In this document: piece after piece, positions 1 to 11,232 of the stretch
How positions within the stretch are numbered: the stretch's first letter is position 1
Layout of the letters: every line of letters starts with the position of its first letter
From: Alphaproteobacteria bacterium
GTDB taxonomy: Bacteria; Pseudomonadota; Alphaproteobacteria; MPNO01; UBA830
DNA length: 64,000 nt
NCBI GenBank assembly: GCA_038106605.1
Contig: JAYOEF010000001.1
Span: 10,559-74,558, forward strand
Direction of reading: 5' to 3'
The notes under the pieces: generated by a model
Seen by the model: only the letters and a program-made list of their open reading frames with translations
What the model was told of the DNA's origin: nothing
Databases searched by the model: none
Program-made: the position numbers and the translations under genes

Positions 1-168
1 AAATCGCTGATCCAGAAGATCGAGACCATCTCGGGCTGCGGGTTCTCCACGACCGACGCGGTGAACGCGTGGTGGGACGCGGTCGGCAGCCGCTCGCCGT
101 TCCTCGGCGACGGCACCTTCGCCCTCGTATCGAGGACGGCGGAGGGCGGACGGCCGAAATGCAGCTGA
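1..168 (+). CDS. 3' end of unidentified protein-coding gene (partial; …KSLIQKIETISGCGFSTTDAVNAWWDAVGSR…)
   Basis: Open frame running in from the window edge with high GC3, stop TGA at 166-168. No recognisable domain. Confidence 0.35.
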   Translation, partial: KSLIQKIETISGCGFSTTDAVNAWWDAVGSRSPFLGDGTFALVSRTAEGGRPKCS

Positions 169-235
169 CCCGTCCGGCCGCCCCGGGCGCGGGCGCGGCC
201 CGGACGCCCCCGCCGCACGATCTGCACCGGCCGTC

Positions 236-877
236 ATGAGCGACCTGTGGGCCGGAGCCGGGAAGACGCTTGCGGGCGGCGTCGTCTTCTACGGGTTCGT
301 CGTCGGCTACGGCAGCCTCGCGCCCGAGAAGCTGGTCTCGTCCTGGGGTTGGGGGCTTGGTGGCCACCTCCGCGAGGCGGCGCGCTCGGTCACGCCGCAG
401 CTCCTCGTCGCCAGCTACCAGGCCGCACCGAGAGGACCCGACATGCCGAACCTGATCGAAACCCCGCTGCCGGTCTTTTCCGTCGCCTTCGACGCCGCCA
501 GCCCTTCCCCCCGCGACCGGACGCTCGAGAAGTTCCTCGCCGCGCTCTCCGCGGTGACGCAGCTCCCGGACGCCAGTGGCACCCGGACGGTCTCCATCGC
601 CTGCGACCGTTCGCGCCAGTGGATGATCGTCCGCGTCCAGAACCCGTTCGACGTCGCCCGCAAGGACGAGATTCGCATCGACTTCCAGATGGTCGGCTCG
701 CTCTACCCCGACGCGCCGGACAGCATCACCTTCCTGGTCCGCAGCATGTGGTCGGGCCGCACCGACGCGCCGGCGTCGCAGTCGGTCGTCGACCGGGTGA
801 TGCAGTTCCTGAAGCCCGGCCTCACCGCCGCCGCCCGGGGCGCCGCCCAGACCGCGGGCGGCCTCATCGTCGCCTGA
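236..877 (+). CDS. hypothetical membrane-associated protein (213 aa, one N-terminal TM helix)
   Basis: ORF with genome-typical GC3 bias. Hydrophobic stretch GKTLAGGVVFYGFVVGYGSLA. No known domain recognised. Confidence 0.5.
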   Translation: MSDLWAGAGKTLAGGVVFYGFVVGYGSLAPEKLVSSWGWGLGGHLREAARSVTPQLLVASYQAAPRGPDMPNLIETPLPVFSVAFDAASPSPRDRTLEKFLAALSAVTQLPDASGTRTVSIACDRSRQWMIVRVQNPFDVARKDEIRIDFQMVGSLYPDAPDSITFLVRSMWSGRTDAPASQSVVDRVMQFLKPGLTAAARGAAQTAGGLIVA

Positions 878-952
878 CGGCGGACCGCCCTGAACCGCTC
901 GGACCCCCGTCACAGCCGGAGCCGTCGATTGCAAACCACCCTCGAATTCAGT

Positions 953-978
953 GGATTCCCGCTTTCGCGGGAACGACG
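953..978. repeat. single hairpin unit of the GTCATYCCCGCGAAAGCGGGRAT repeat family (B orientation)
   Basis: gattcccgctttcgcgggaacgacg; the same unit recurs 12 times in the window. Confidence 0.8.
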
Positions 979-1077
979 ACGAAGGGACAGCGGCACGCAG
1001 AGGACGCGTGCCTTATTGCTCCGCGATGAGCGCGTTTGAGCATCTGCCGGCAGCGCGCAGGGAACAAGGGCGAAGGG

Positions 1078-1153
1078 TGGTGGGCCCGGAGGGATTCGAA
1101 CCCCCGACAACACCGTTATGAGCGGTGCGTTCTAACCGCTGAACTACAGGCCC
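1078..1153 (-). tRNA. tRNA with anticodon CAT (elongator tRNA-Met; Ile2-lysidine not excluded)
   Basis: The reverse complement reads GGGCCTGTAGTTCAGCGGTTAGAACGCACCGCTCATAACGGTGTTGTCGGGGGTTCGAATCCCTCCGGGCCCACCA. It has a 7-bp acceptor stem with a G1:C72 pair, a D-loop, anticodon loop CTCATAA, a T-loop GGTTCGAATCC and an encoded CCA. Confidence 0.85.
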
Positions 1154-1340
1154 GTTCCACCTCGGCGGGCGCATTGCACGCCCGCACCGAACTTCGCGCC
1201 GAACTTATAGACGATCTATAGCGGATCGCGGCCGCGAATCCATCCCGCCCGCCACCCGCACCTGTCCGCGCCGTTGTCCGCGCCGTTGTTCCCGCCGCGC
1301 CCCGCCCCTAAACTCGCCCTCGACAAAACGAGGATGAGCC

Positions 1341-2207
1341 ATGCTGCCGAACGAACGTCTCGATTATTCTCCGATCCCGTCGCGTCCCCGACTGAGCCTG
1401 CCGGACGGCAAGCGCATGGCGGTCTGGGTGATCGTCAACATCGAGGAGTGGAACCCGAAGGAGACGATGCCGCGCACCGTCCTCACGCCGCCGGCCGGCG
1501 GCGCGCCGATGCCGGACATCCCGAACTGGGCGTGGCACGAATACGGCAACCGCGTCGGCTTCTGGCGCTTCCTCAAGGTGTTCGACGAGCTGAAGGTGCC
1601 GGGCGTGCTCGCGATCAACGGCACCGCCGTCCACGCCTACGAGGCGATCAGCCGGGCGGCGCTCGACCGCGGCTGGGAGTTCATGGGCCACGGCTACACC
1701 CAGAAGAACATGCAGAAGGTCGAGAACGAGCGGGACGACATCCGGAAGACCTCGGACGCCATCGAGCGCTTCACCGGCAAGCGCCCGCGCGGCTGGCTCG
1801 GGCCGGGCCTCACCGAGACGTGGGAGACGCCCGACCTGCTGGTGGAAGAGGGCTACGACTACGTCGCCGACTGGGTGCTCGACGACCAGCCGGTGACGCT
1901 CAAGACGCGGACGAAACCCATCGTCAACATCCCCTACACGCAGGAGTGCAACGACGTCGCCATGATGCTGATCCAACATCACCCGGCGCGCGAGTACTAC
2001 CAGCGCGCCTCGGACCAGTTCGCCCAGATCTACGAGGACGCGGCCGACCAGGCGCGCGTGATGGCGCTCGTCGTCCACCCCTACATCATGGGCGCGCCCC
2101 ACCGCGCACGGTACTTCCGCGACATCATGCGCGAGATCGCCGCGAAGCCCGACGTCGCCTTCATGACGGGCGCGCAGATCTGCGACTGGTACAAGGGCAC
2201 GCAGTGA
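1341..2207 (+). CDS. polysaccharide deacetylase family protein (PuuE/allantoinase-like)
   Basis: 288 aa with motifs typical of the NodB/polysaccharide deacetylase fold (…HAYEAISRAALDRGWEFMGHGY…). RBS gagga lies 7 nt upstream. Confidence 0.75.
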   Translation: MLPNERLDYSPIPSRPRLSLPDGKRMAVWVIVNIEEWNPKETMPRTVLTPPAGGAPMPDIPNWAWHEYGNRVGFWRFLKVFDELKVPGVLAINGTAVHAYEAISRAALDRGWEFMGHGYTQKNMQKVENERDDIRKTSDAIERFTGKRPRGWLGPGLTETWETPDLLVEEGYDYVADWVLDDQPVTLKTRTKPIVNIPYTQECNDVAMMLIQHHPAREYYQRASDQFAQIYEDAADQARVMALVVHPYIMGAPHRARYFRDIMREIAAKPDVAFMTGAQICDWYKGTQ

Positions 2208-2415
2208 CGGGATTCTTTGTCTGCGCGCCGCCGGCAGAAAATTCGATGCGCTCTTCGCGCAGCAACCCGGCGCGCGTGGGCGACCGCCGTCCTTTCACGT
2301 CACCCCGGACCCGTTCCGGGGTCCAGGGCCACAAAGACCGCCCACGCAACCGCAACCTATTCCCCCGGCCCACGTGCCGGGGGCGGGGATCTCGGGCCGC
2401 CCGAAACTTCGAAAG

Positions 2416-2440
2416 ATTCCCGCTTTCGCGGGAATGACGA
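2416..2440. repeat. single hairpin unit of the IPAFAGMT repeat family
   Basis: gattcccgctttcgcgggaatgacg. Confidence 0.8.
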
Positions 2441-2484
2441 TGGATGAGCGCCCTAACCGTGCAACGCCCTACCCGTGCAGCGCC

Positions 2485-3948
2485 CTACTCATACAACTCC
2501 GGCCACTTGCCGCGGATCTTCTCCTTCAGCTCCGGGCTCGCCTCGGCGACCTTGGGGAAGTCGTCCTTCCAGCCATAGGGGCGGCAGGCGTCGACGATGG
2601 CGCGGTTGTTCTGCCACGGCGGCTCGCGCAGCATCGGGTCGAGCGGCGTCGACCACGAGCGGCGCACGTACTGGATGTCGTCGGGCGGGTCGCAGCGCGT
2701 CGACATCGCCCAGGTGACGTCGAACAGGTTCGACGGGTCGATGTCCTCGTCGACCACCACGACCCAGCGCCCGGCGTAGTTGCCGGCGTGGCAGTTGGCG
2801 GCGAGCATGCCGGCCTGGGTGGCGTGGCCGGGATACATCTGTTTGATGGAGATCACGTTGAAGAGGCGGCCTGCGCCCGACTCGTGGCACCAGACGCCGG
2901 CGACGCCCGGCAGCCCCGCCTTCTCGCACTCGTCCCAGATCATCGCCGACTTCACCGTGGCGCGTGCGAAGGTGAAGTTCTCCGGCGGGCGCGACGGGAT
3001 GGCAAGGCAGAGGATCGGGTTGGTGCGCCAGTAGACGCGGCGGATCTTCACGACGGGCAGGATCGAGGCCTCGGAGGCGTAGTAGCCCATGAACTCACCG
3101 AACGGGCCTTCTTCCCGCGTCTCGTCGGGCAGCATCTCGCCTTCGAGCACGATCTCGGAATAGGCCGGCATGGGAAGGCCGTGGAGCTCGGACGGGATCA
3201 CCTCGATGGGTCTCCCGCGCTGGCCGCCGGCATAGGCGAACTCGTCGAGCCCGTGGTCGACCTCCTGGTGGGCGACGAGGAACAGGTTGGGGTCGTGGCC
3301 GCAGGAGATCAGCACCGGGCACGGCTTTCCTTGCGCGAAATACTTGTCGCGGATCAGGCGGCCGTGCTTGCCGGGCGACATCCAGATCGCGCAGGTATTT
3401 CTGTCGTGCACCATCACCCGGTAGGTGCCGACGTTGGTCCAGCCGGTGTCGGGGTCGCGCATCACGACGAGATCGTCCGTGCCGATATAGCGCCCGCCGT
3501 CGCCCTCGTGGACGAAGGGCGCGGGGAACTTGAGGAGGTCGACCGCCTCCTCGCGGTCGATGTTCTCGAGGATCGGCCCGTCCTTCACCTCGACGGGCGG
3601 CATCAGCTCGAACTCCTGTTTCGCGCGCGCCCGATAGGCCTTCACGAGGTCCATCTCGTTGGTGGGTTCCGGGAGGCCGAGGACGACGGCCAGCCTGCGG
3701 TAGGCGTTCGCCGCGCCCGACAGGATGCGGAAGCCCTTGGGATAACCCGGGATCTCGTCGAACAGAAGCGCCTTGGCGCGGCCGGGTTTCGCGGCGGCGA
3801 TGGTCTCCGACAGCGCGCCGATCTCGAGCTTCCAGTCCGCGCCCTTGACGCGCGCGAGCTCGCCCATCTCGTCGAAGCGCTCCACGAGCTCTCGCAGGTC
3901 GAGATAGCCCTCGTTCCGCCGCTCCGATGCGTGTGCCGCTTCCGCCAT
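2485..3948 (-). CDS. UbiD-family (prFMN-dependent) decarboxylase
   Basis: 487 aa with strong similarity to 3-octaprenyl-4-hydroxybenzoate carboxy-lyase (UbiD) family motifs along the whole length. No ubiX partner in the window. Confidence 0.85.
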   Translation of the reverse strand: MAEAAHASERRNEGYLDLRELVERFDEMGELARVKGADWKLEIGALSETIAAAKPGRAKALLFDEIPGYPKGFRILSGAANAYRRLAVVLGLPEPTNEMDLVKAYRARAKQEFELMPPVEVKDGPILENIDREEAVDLLKFPAPFVHEGDGGRYIGTDDLVVMRDPDTGWTNVGTYRVMVHDRNTCAIWMSPGKHGRLIRDKYFAQGKPCPVLISCGHDPNLFLVAHQEVDHGLDEFAYAGGQRGRPIEVIPSELHGLPMPAYSEIVLEGEMLPDETREEGPFGEFMGYYASEASILPVVKIRRVYWRTNPILCLAIPSRPPENFTFARATVKSAMIWDECEKAGLPGVAGVWCHESGAGRLFNVISIKQMYPGHATQAGMLAANCHAGNYAGRWVVVVDEDIDPSNLFDVTWAMSTRCDPPDDIQYVRRSWSTPLDPMLREPPWQNNRAIVDACRPYGWKDDFPKVAEASPELKEKIRGKWPELYE

Positions 3949-4097
3949 TCGTCGTCCTCCCTGTTCCGTCCGTTTTCTTGGGCCCCGTTATAGCGCGAAC
4001 CGGTCCGCCCTGCGCTCCCCCATCCGGCATTGAAGGATTCGCCCGCGCCTGCGACCATGTCCGCACCTGCAATGCCATTGACGGAGGCTGGTCGGCG

Positions 4098-4799
4098 ATG
4101 GCGCCCGAACTTCCCCACAGCGAGCACCACCTGGTGCATCGCATAGGCTGGTTGCGCGCCGCCGTGCTCGGCGCGAACGACGGCATCGTCTCGACCGCGA
4201 GCCTGATCGTCGGCGTCGCCGCGGCGGAGCCCTCGCGCGCCGCGATCCTCATCGCCGGTGTTGCCGGATTGGCCGCGGGCGCGATGTCGATGGCGGCGGG
4301 CGAGTACGTCTCGGTCTCGTCGCAGGCCGACACCGAGGCCGCGGACCTCGCCAAGGAACGGGAAGCGCTCGCGAACGACCCCGACGAGGAACGCCAGGAG
4401 CTCGCCCAGATCTATGTCGGGCGCGGCGTCGAGCCCGGCCTCGCCCACGAGGTCGCGGGCCAGCTGATGGCGCACGACGATATCGGGGCGCACGCGCGCG
4501 ACGAGCTCGGCATCTCGGAGACGGTCGCCTCCCGCCCCGTGCAGGCGGCGCTGACCTCGGCCGGAACTTTTGCGGCAGGTGCGGCGCTGCCGCTCGCCGT
4601 CGCCGCGCTGGTCCCCGTCGCCGCCGCCATCCCGTCGGTCTCGGCCGCAGCCCTCATCGCATTGGGGATCCTCGGCGCGACGTCGGCGAAGGCGGGCGGC
4701 GCGCCGGCGGGCAAGGCCGTGTTCCGCGTCGTCTTCTGGGGGGCGCTTGCCATGGCGGTGACGGCGGGTATCGGGCGGCTGGTGGGCACGGCGGTCTAA
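4098..4799 (+). CDS. VIT1/CCC1-family iron/manganese transporter
   Basis: GANDGIVSTASLIVGVAAA signature, an acidic loop and C-terminal TM helices. Start chosen at the internal ATG of track ORF 3927..4799. Confidence 0.8.
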   Translation: MAPELPHSEHHLVHRIGWLRAAVLGANDGIVSTASLIVGVAAAEPSRAAILIAGVAGLAAGAMSMAAGEYVSVSSQADTEAADLAKEREALANDPDEERQELAQIYVGRGVEPGLAHEVAGQLMAHDDIGAHARDELGISETVASRPVQAALTSAGTFAAGAALPLAVAALVPVAAAIPSVSAAALIALGILGATSAKAGGAPAGKAVFRVVFWGALAMAVTAGIGRLVGTAV

Positions 4800-4980
4800 C
4801 GCGCATCTCCTCGTTTCTCCCCCTCTCCCTAGCCCTCTCCCCGTGGGGGCGAGGGGACGAGGCGTCGCGTTTCAGTCGTCCCCTCTCCCGGAACGGGGGA
4901 GGGTCAGGGAGGGGGCCAGGAAGGCAGAGGGCCAACGCGCGGAGAGTGCGTTTCAGAGGGGCCCGGCGGCGCGCAGAATA

Positions 4981-6015
4981 CTAACGCGCGCCGGGTTGGC
5001 GGGCGGCGGCGCGCAGGATAAGAGGCTCGTCCTCACCGGGCGGCGGCGCCACCGAGACTCTGTTCCGGCCCGCGCGCTTCGCTTCGTACATCGCGCGGTC
5101 GGCGCGGTCGGCGAAGGCATCGAGCGTCTCGCCCGGCGCGAGCACCGCGATCCCGATGCTGACGGTGACGGGGATCGGCCAGCCGCCGCCGGTGGGCGAG
5201 CGCAGCGGCGAGTCCTCGATGCTCCGGCGGATGCGCTCGGCGATGGCGCCGGCGCAGTCGGGGTCGGCCTCCGGCAGGGCGACGGCGAACTCCTCCCCGC
5301 CCCAGCGGCCGAACAGGTCGTGGCGCCGCAATCCGAACGCGACGGTCTGCACGACATGGCGGATCACCGCGTCGCCCGCCGCGTGGCCGAAACTGTCGTT
5401 CACCCGCTTGAAGCGGTCGATGTCGATCATGGCGAGCGCCAGCGGCCGGCCGTAGCGGCCGGCGCGCGCGATCTCGCGCTCGACGGCGGCGGCGAAGGTG
5501 CGCCGGTTGTCGATGCCGGTCAGCATGTCCTGCTCGGCGAGGCGCGTGAGCTCGGCCTCCAGCGCCTTCTGGCGGCTGACGTCGCGGACAATTGCGGCAA
5601 GGAGTGGCGTGCCTTTACCCGCCGGGCCGAGCCGGAGGATCGAGATATGCACCGGGAACTCGCTGCCGTCGGCGCGGCGCGCGGCGATCTCGGTGCCGCG
5701 TTCCTCCATGGTCCGCGCAGCGCCCGCACCGGACGCGAACCCATCGACCAGCGCGGCATGGCCCGCGCGCGCGCGTTCGGGCAGCAGGCGATCGAGCGGC
5801 AGGCCCGCGAGCTCGCCCGGCGGCAGGCCGAACATCGCGTCGGCGGCGGCGTTGGCATAGACGATGCGCTGGCCGGGACCGACCACGAGAATGCCGTCCG
5901 CCGCGCTGTCGACCAGCGTACGGAACAGATCATCCGGCAGCACTTCTGGCAGACCGGCGGGCAGGCCGGTTGCCGGATTTAAAGGTGTAGCTTCGGCAGG
6001 TCGGGCGTCCCCCAT
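4981..6015 (-). CDS. PAS-domain diguanylate cyclase (GGDEF)
   Basis: N-terminal PAS (…ILVVGPGQRIVYANAAADAMFG…) and C-terminal GGDEF (RYGRPLALAMIDIDRFKRVND…GGEEF). The track ORF extends to 6054; the start was chosen at M14. Confidence 0.8.
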   Translation of the reverse strand: MGDARPAEATPLNPATGLPAGLPEVLPDDLFRTLVDSAADGILVVGPGQRIVYANAAADAMFGLPPGELAGLPLDRLLPERARAGHAALVDGFASGAGAARTMEERGTEIAARRADGSEFPVHISILRLGPAGKGTPLLAAIVRDVSRQKALEAELTRLAEQDMLTGIDNRRTFAAAVEREIARAGRYGRPLALAMIDIDRFKRVNDSFGHAAGDAVIRHVVQTVAFGLRRHDLFGRWGGEEFAVALPEADPDCAGAIAERIRRSIEDSPLRSPTGGGWPIPVTVSIGIAVLAPGETLDAFADRADRAMYEAKRAGRNRVSVAPPPGEDEPLILRAAARQPGAR

Positions 6016-6195
6016 GACGCTCCCCCGGTTGGTTCCCCCACGCGCCGCCCGCATCCCCCTTTGAGAGGTCCCCAGCGGGACGGCGACGCTTCAGGCTCGC
6101 CCAACATGGTTAACAATTCCTCTATGCACCGTTCGCATGCTAGCGTTTCGCCTTGTCCCGCGTGCTGGGGCGGGGCGCAACAGGGAGAATGCGTC

Positions 6196-6693
6196 ATGAC
6201 GGCACGGACGAAGAAGACGGCGGCGAAGCAGGCGTCCAATAAGAAGACGGTGGCGAAGAAGCCCGCCGCGAAAGCGAAGAAGCGCACGCCGAAATTCGCC
6301 CTCGTGATCGACAGCGCGAAGGGCGCGAAGTGGACGACCGAGCCGCACCGCCCGCAATTCGAGTACCGCCATTTCGGCGTCGAGGAGGCGACGAAGCGCA
6401 AATACGGCTCGCACGTGATCCGCGTGGCCCCGGGCGCGAAGCCGCCGGTGCGCCACCACGTGCACCCGGACTGCGAGTTCCTGCTGGTCTACATCCTCAA
6501 GGGCTGGGTGAAGTTCTGGTACGACGGCGTCGGCGAGAAGAAGCTGGTCGCGGGCGACGTGCACCTGCTGCCCGCCGGCATCAGGCACGCGGTCACCGGC
6601 TGGTCGAAGGACCTCGAGATGCTGGAGACGACGCACCCCGCCTACTACCAGTCGATCGTGCTGACCGACAAGCAGGTCGCGGCGCTGGGGTGA
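6196..6693 (+). CDS. cupin-domain protein with Lys/Ala-rich histone-H1-like N-terminal tail
   Basis: The ATG has RBS gggaga upstream. The N-terminus reads MTARTKKTAAKQASNKKTVAKKPAAKAKKRTPK, followed by a cupin barrel (HVHPDCEFLLVYILKG…LPAGIRH). Confidence 0.7.
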   Translation: MTARTKKTAAKQASNKKTVAKKPAAKAKKRTPKFALVIDSAKGAKWTTEPHRPQFEYRHFGVEEATKRKYGSHVIRVAPGAKPPVRHHVHPDCEFLLVYILKGWVKFWYDGVGEKKLVAGDVHLLPAGIRHAVTGWSKDLEMLETTHPAYYQSIVLTDKQVAALG

Positions 6694-6718
6694 CGCGCGG
6701 CTGATCATAGCCGCGCGT

Positions 6719-6790
6719 CATCCCCGCGAAAGCGGGGATCTCGTGGGGCGTGTCACCGGGCGAGAGATTCCCGCTTTCGCGGGAATGACG
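6719..6790. repeat. paired hairpin repeat (A unit + B unit, MITE/REP-like)
   Basis: catccccgcgaaagcggggatc, then 25 bp, then gattcccgctttcgcgggaatgacg. Confidence 0.8.
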
Positions 6791-6831
6791 CCATTAGAGC
6801 GGGATGGCGCTCTAGACCCCCCCTCCCAACA

Positions 6832-6862
6832 AAAAAGCCGGCCCCAAAGGCCGGCTTTTCCA
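6832..6862. terminator. bidirectional rho-independent terminator (rpoD / cupin gene)
   Basis: aaaaaagccggccccaaaggccggcttttcc: a GC stem flanked by A-run and T-run. A second hairpin, atcccggatcaagtccgggat, lies at 6881-6901. Confidence 0.7.
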
Positions 6863-6912
6863 CGTCGTTTTGAATTGGATCCCGGATCAAGTCCGGGATG
6901 ACACCCTAGGCG

Positions 6913-8874
<1,962 letters not shown>

Positions 8875-9002
8875 AGGGCCGTCGTTCCCCCGCTATTCCG
8901 GCGCGTGGCTCTCCCGCCGCGCCGCATGACCACAATCAACGCCGGGTAGTCCCGGCCGGACCATAACTTTGCCGCGCGTGTGCCCGGCTGGTATTTCGTT
9001 TC

Positions 9003-9168
9003 CGGCTGCCCGCCGGGCTCTTGCTCCCTCCCGGCTTGCCGCCGGGCTCTTCCCTCTCGCCGGCTCCCCGCCGGGCTCTTCCTTCTCGCCGTCTCCCCGC
9101 CGGGCTCTACCTTCTCGCCGGCTCCCCGCCGGGCTCTTCCTTCTCGCCGGCTCCCCGCCGGCAATGGC
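9003..9168. repeat. tandem repeat, about 30 bp x 5 (cgccgggctcttccttctcgccggctcccc) in the dnaG-rpoD spacer
   Basis: Copies begin near 9012, 9041, 9071, 9101 and 9130 with 1-3 mismatches each. Confidence 0.85.
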
Positions 9169-9169
9169 A

Positions 9170-11131
9170 TCACGCCGTCGTGTCGTCCGCCCCGGACGAA
9201 GCGGCCCTGTCCGCCTTCAGTTTCTCGAACCGTTTCCAGTTTTCTTCGGTCGGATCGTCCACGTACACGTGCCTGGCTTCCTCCAGCTCCGCGCGCCGCC
9301 CCGGCTCCAGGTGCTTCTCCAGCACCTGCAGGAAGCCTGCGCGCGCAACCTCTTCGGCCGCGTCCCGGCGGGCGAAGCCCGCGTGAACGTAAACGTCCTG
9401 CCCCAGCACGGAGTCCAGAATCTCCGTATTTCCCTGCGCCTTCAGGTGGTTCCTGAGGCCCTCGGAGTCAAGCCCGGTGTCGGCCGCGTAGACCTTTAAG
9501 ATTTCCTGCCGAAGGTTGTCAAGCATAGGGTCGGTTACGTTAACCATCGCTAAATCCTCGGCGAACATGTCGAGGATCGAGGGGTGGTTGAGGACGCAGG
9601 CCAGCAGCACCTGCTCCTGGCGCCGGCGCAGCGTGCGCGGCTGCGCGTCGCTGCGATGGGCGGCCTGCGCGCCATAGGCCCCGGGGCCCGCTCCATAACC
9701 CCCGCCGTAGCCGCCGCCATACCCTCTGCCCGAACCCTTGTTGAAACCCCGGCCGAAGCTCTGTCCCGAACCCCGGCCTGAACCCTGGCCGAAACCGCGG
9801 CCCGAACCCTGACCGAAGCCCTGGTTCCCTCCGAAATGCCCTCCCCGGCCGCCGAAATCCGGCCGCGACGCCGCGGCGAGCGCCTTCACGCGGTCCCGGA
9901 ACGTCGCGAGATAGCGGAACTGCACCTTGCGGTCGGCGATCTGGAGCGCGCGCTCCTCGAGGCGTTTTTCGAGCCCGGCGAGGCGTTCGGGCGTATCCGC
10001 CGCCTTTCCTTCCGTCTCCAGCCGCCAGACGACCGAATCCAGCGCCTCGGCCTCGCCGATCAGCGCTTCCATCGCGGGGGCGCCTTGGGTCCGGATCAGG
10101 CTGTCCGGGTCCTCGCCCTGCGGCATGGTGACGAACCGCAGCGACCGGCCGGGCTGGAGCAGCGGCAGCGCACGCTCGGCGGCGCGCCCCGCCGCGCGGA
10201 ACCCCGCCTTGTCGCCGTCGAAGCACAGCACCGGCTCGTCCGCCATTCTCCATAAAGCTTCGATGTGTTCTTCCGTGAGCGCGGTGCCCAAGGGCGCCAC
10301 CGCCTCGCCGAAGCCCGCCTGCGAGAGCGCGATCACGTCCATGTAGCCCTCGGTGACGAGGACGCGGTGGCGGTCGTGCGCGGGCTTCCGCGCGAAGTGG
10401 AGGCCGTAGAGCGTGCGGCGCTTGTCGAACAGCGGCGTGTCGGGCGAGTTGAGATATTTGGGCTCGCCCTCTCCCATGATGCGTCCGCCAAACGCGATCA
10501 CGCGCCCCCGCCCGTCCATGATCGGGAACAGCACGCGGTCGCGGAAGAAGTCGAAGGTCGGGCGCCCGTCATCCGGTTTCCGCATCAGCCCGCATTCGAT
10601 CAGCATCGCCTCGGGCATCGCCTCCGACATTATGGCCGCTTTCAGCGGATTGCCGTGGCCGGCGTAGCCCAGCCGGAATTTCCGGATCGTCTCGTCCGAG
10701 AGCCCGCGGCCCCGGAGATAGGCGAGCGCCTCCCTGCCGCCCGGGCCCCACAGCGCGCCCTCGTAGTGCACGCAGGCCGCCTCCATCGCATCGATCAGCG
10801 TCGCGCGCTTGGTCTCCCGCGCCCGCTCCTCCGGGCTCTGGCGCGGCACCTCGAGCCCGGCGTCGGCGGCGAGCTTCTCGATCGCCTCCGGGAACGTCAG
10901 CCCGTCCGTCTCCATCACCCACCCGATAACATCCCCATGCCGACCACATCCGAAGCAGTGGTAGAAGGATTTTTCGTCGGAGACGGTGAACGAGGGCGTC
11001 TTTTCGTTGTGGAAGGGGCAGAGGCCGGTGAATTCGCGGCCGCGGCGCTGGAGCTTGACGCGGCGGCCGACGAGGCCCGACAGGCTGACGCGGGCGCGGA
11101 TCTCGTCGAGGAACTGGGGCGGGAACGCCAT
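9170..11131 (-). CDS. dnaG: DNA primase DnaG with internal Gly/Arg-rich low-complexity insertion
   Basis: Zinc ribbon CPFHNEKTPSF…CFGCG, a TOPRIM core and a C-terminal DnaB-binding region. Between them sits an insertion of about 70 aa, GGRGGHFGGNQGFGQGSGRGFGQGSGRGSGQSFGRGFNKGSGRGYGGGYGGGYGAGPGAYG. Confidence 0.9.
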   Translation of the reverse strand: MAFPPQFLDEIRARVSLSGLVGRRVKLQRRGREFTGLCPFHNEKTPSFTVSDEKSFYHCFGCGRHGDVIGWVMETDGLTFPEAIEKLAADAGLEVPRQSPEERARETKRATLIDAMEAACVHYEGALWGPGGREALAYLRGRGLSDETIRKFRLGYAGHGNPLKAAIMSEAMPEAMLIECGLMRKPDDGRPTFDFFRDRVLFPIMDGRGRVIAFGGRIMGEGEPKYLNSPDTPLFDKRRTLYGLHFARKPAHDRHRVLVTEGYMDVIALSQAGFGEAVAPLGTALTEEHIEALWRMADEPVLCFDGDKAGFRAAGRAAERALPLLQPGRSLRFVTMPQGEDPDSLIRTQGAPAMEALIGEAEALDSVVWRLETEGKAADTPERLAGLEKRLEERALQIADRKVQFRYLATFRDRVKALAAASRPDFGGRGGHFGGNQGFGQGSGRGFGQGSGRGSGQSFGRGFNKGSGRGYGGGYGGGYGAGPGAYGAQAAHRSDAQPRTLRRRQEQVLLACVLNHPSILDMFAEDLAMVNVTDPMLDNLRQEILKVYAADTGLDSEGLRNHLKAQGNTEILDSVLGQDVYVHAGFARRDAAEEVARAGFLQVLEKHLEPGRRAELEEARHVYVDDPTEENWKRFEKLKADRAASSGADDTTA

Positions 11132-11232
11132 GCGCTGTCCGAAGCCGATGAAACCCGAAACCGGTGGAAGAAGATCACGCCGAAGCGCCCCGACGCTCCG
11201 CCGCTCTTTATATCACAAAGTCGGTGAGAAGA

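Noticed and set aside
2374-3993. 539-aa plus-strand ORF opposite the UbiD-family gene
   Set aside because: Antisense artefact. It begins inside an IPAFAGMT repeat.
9003-9168. CRISPR array
   Set aside because: The repeats are contiguous with no unique spacers, the unit is GC-rich and non-palindromic, and no cas genes are present.
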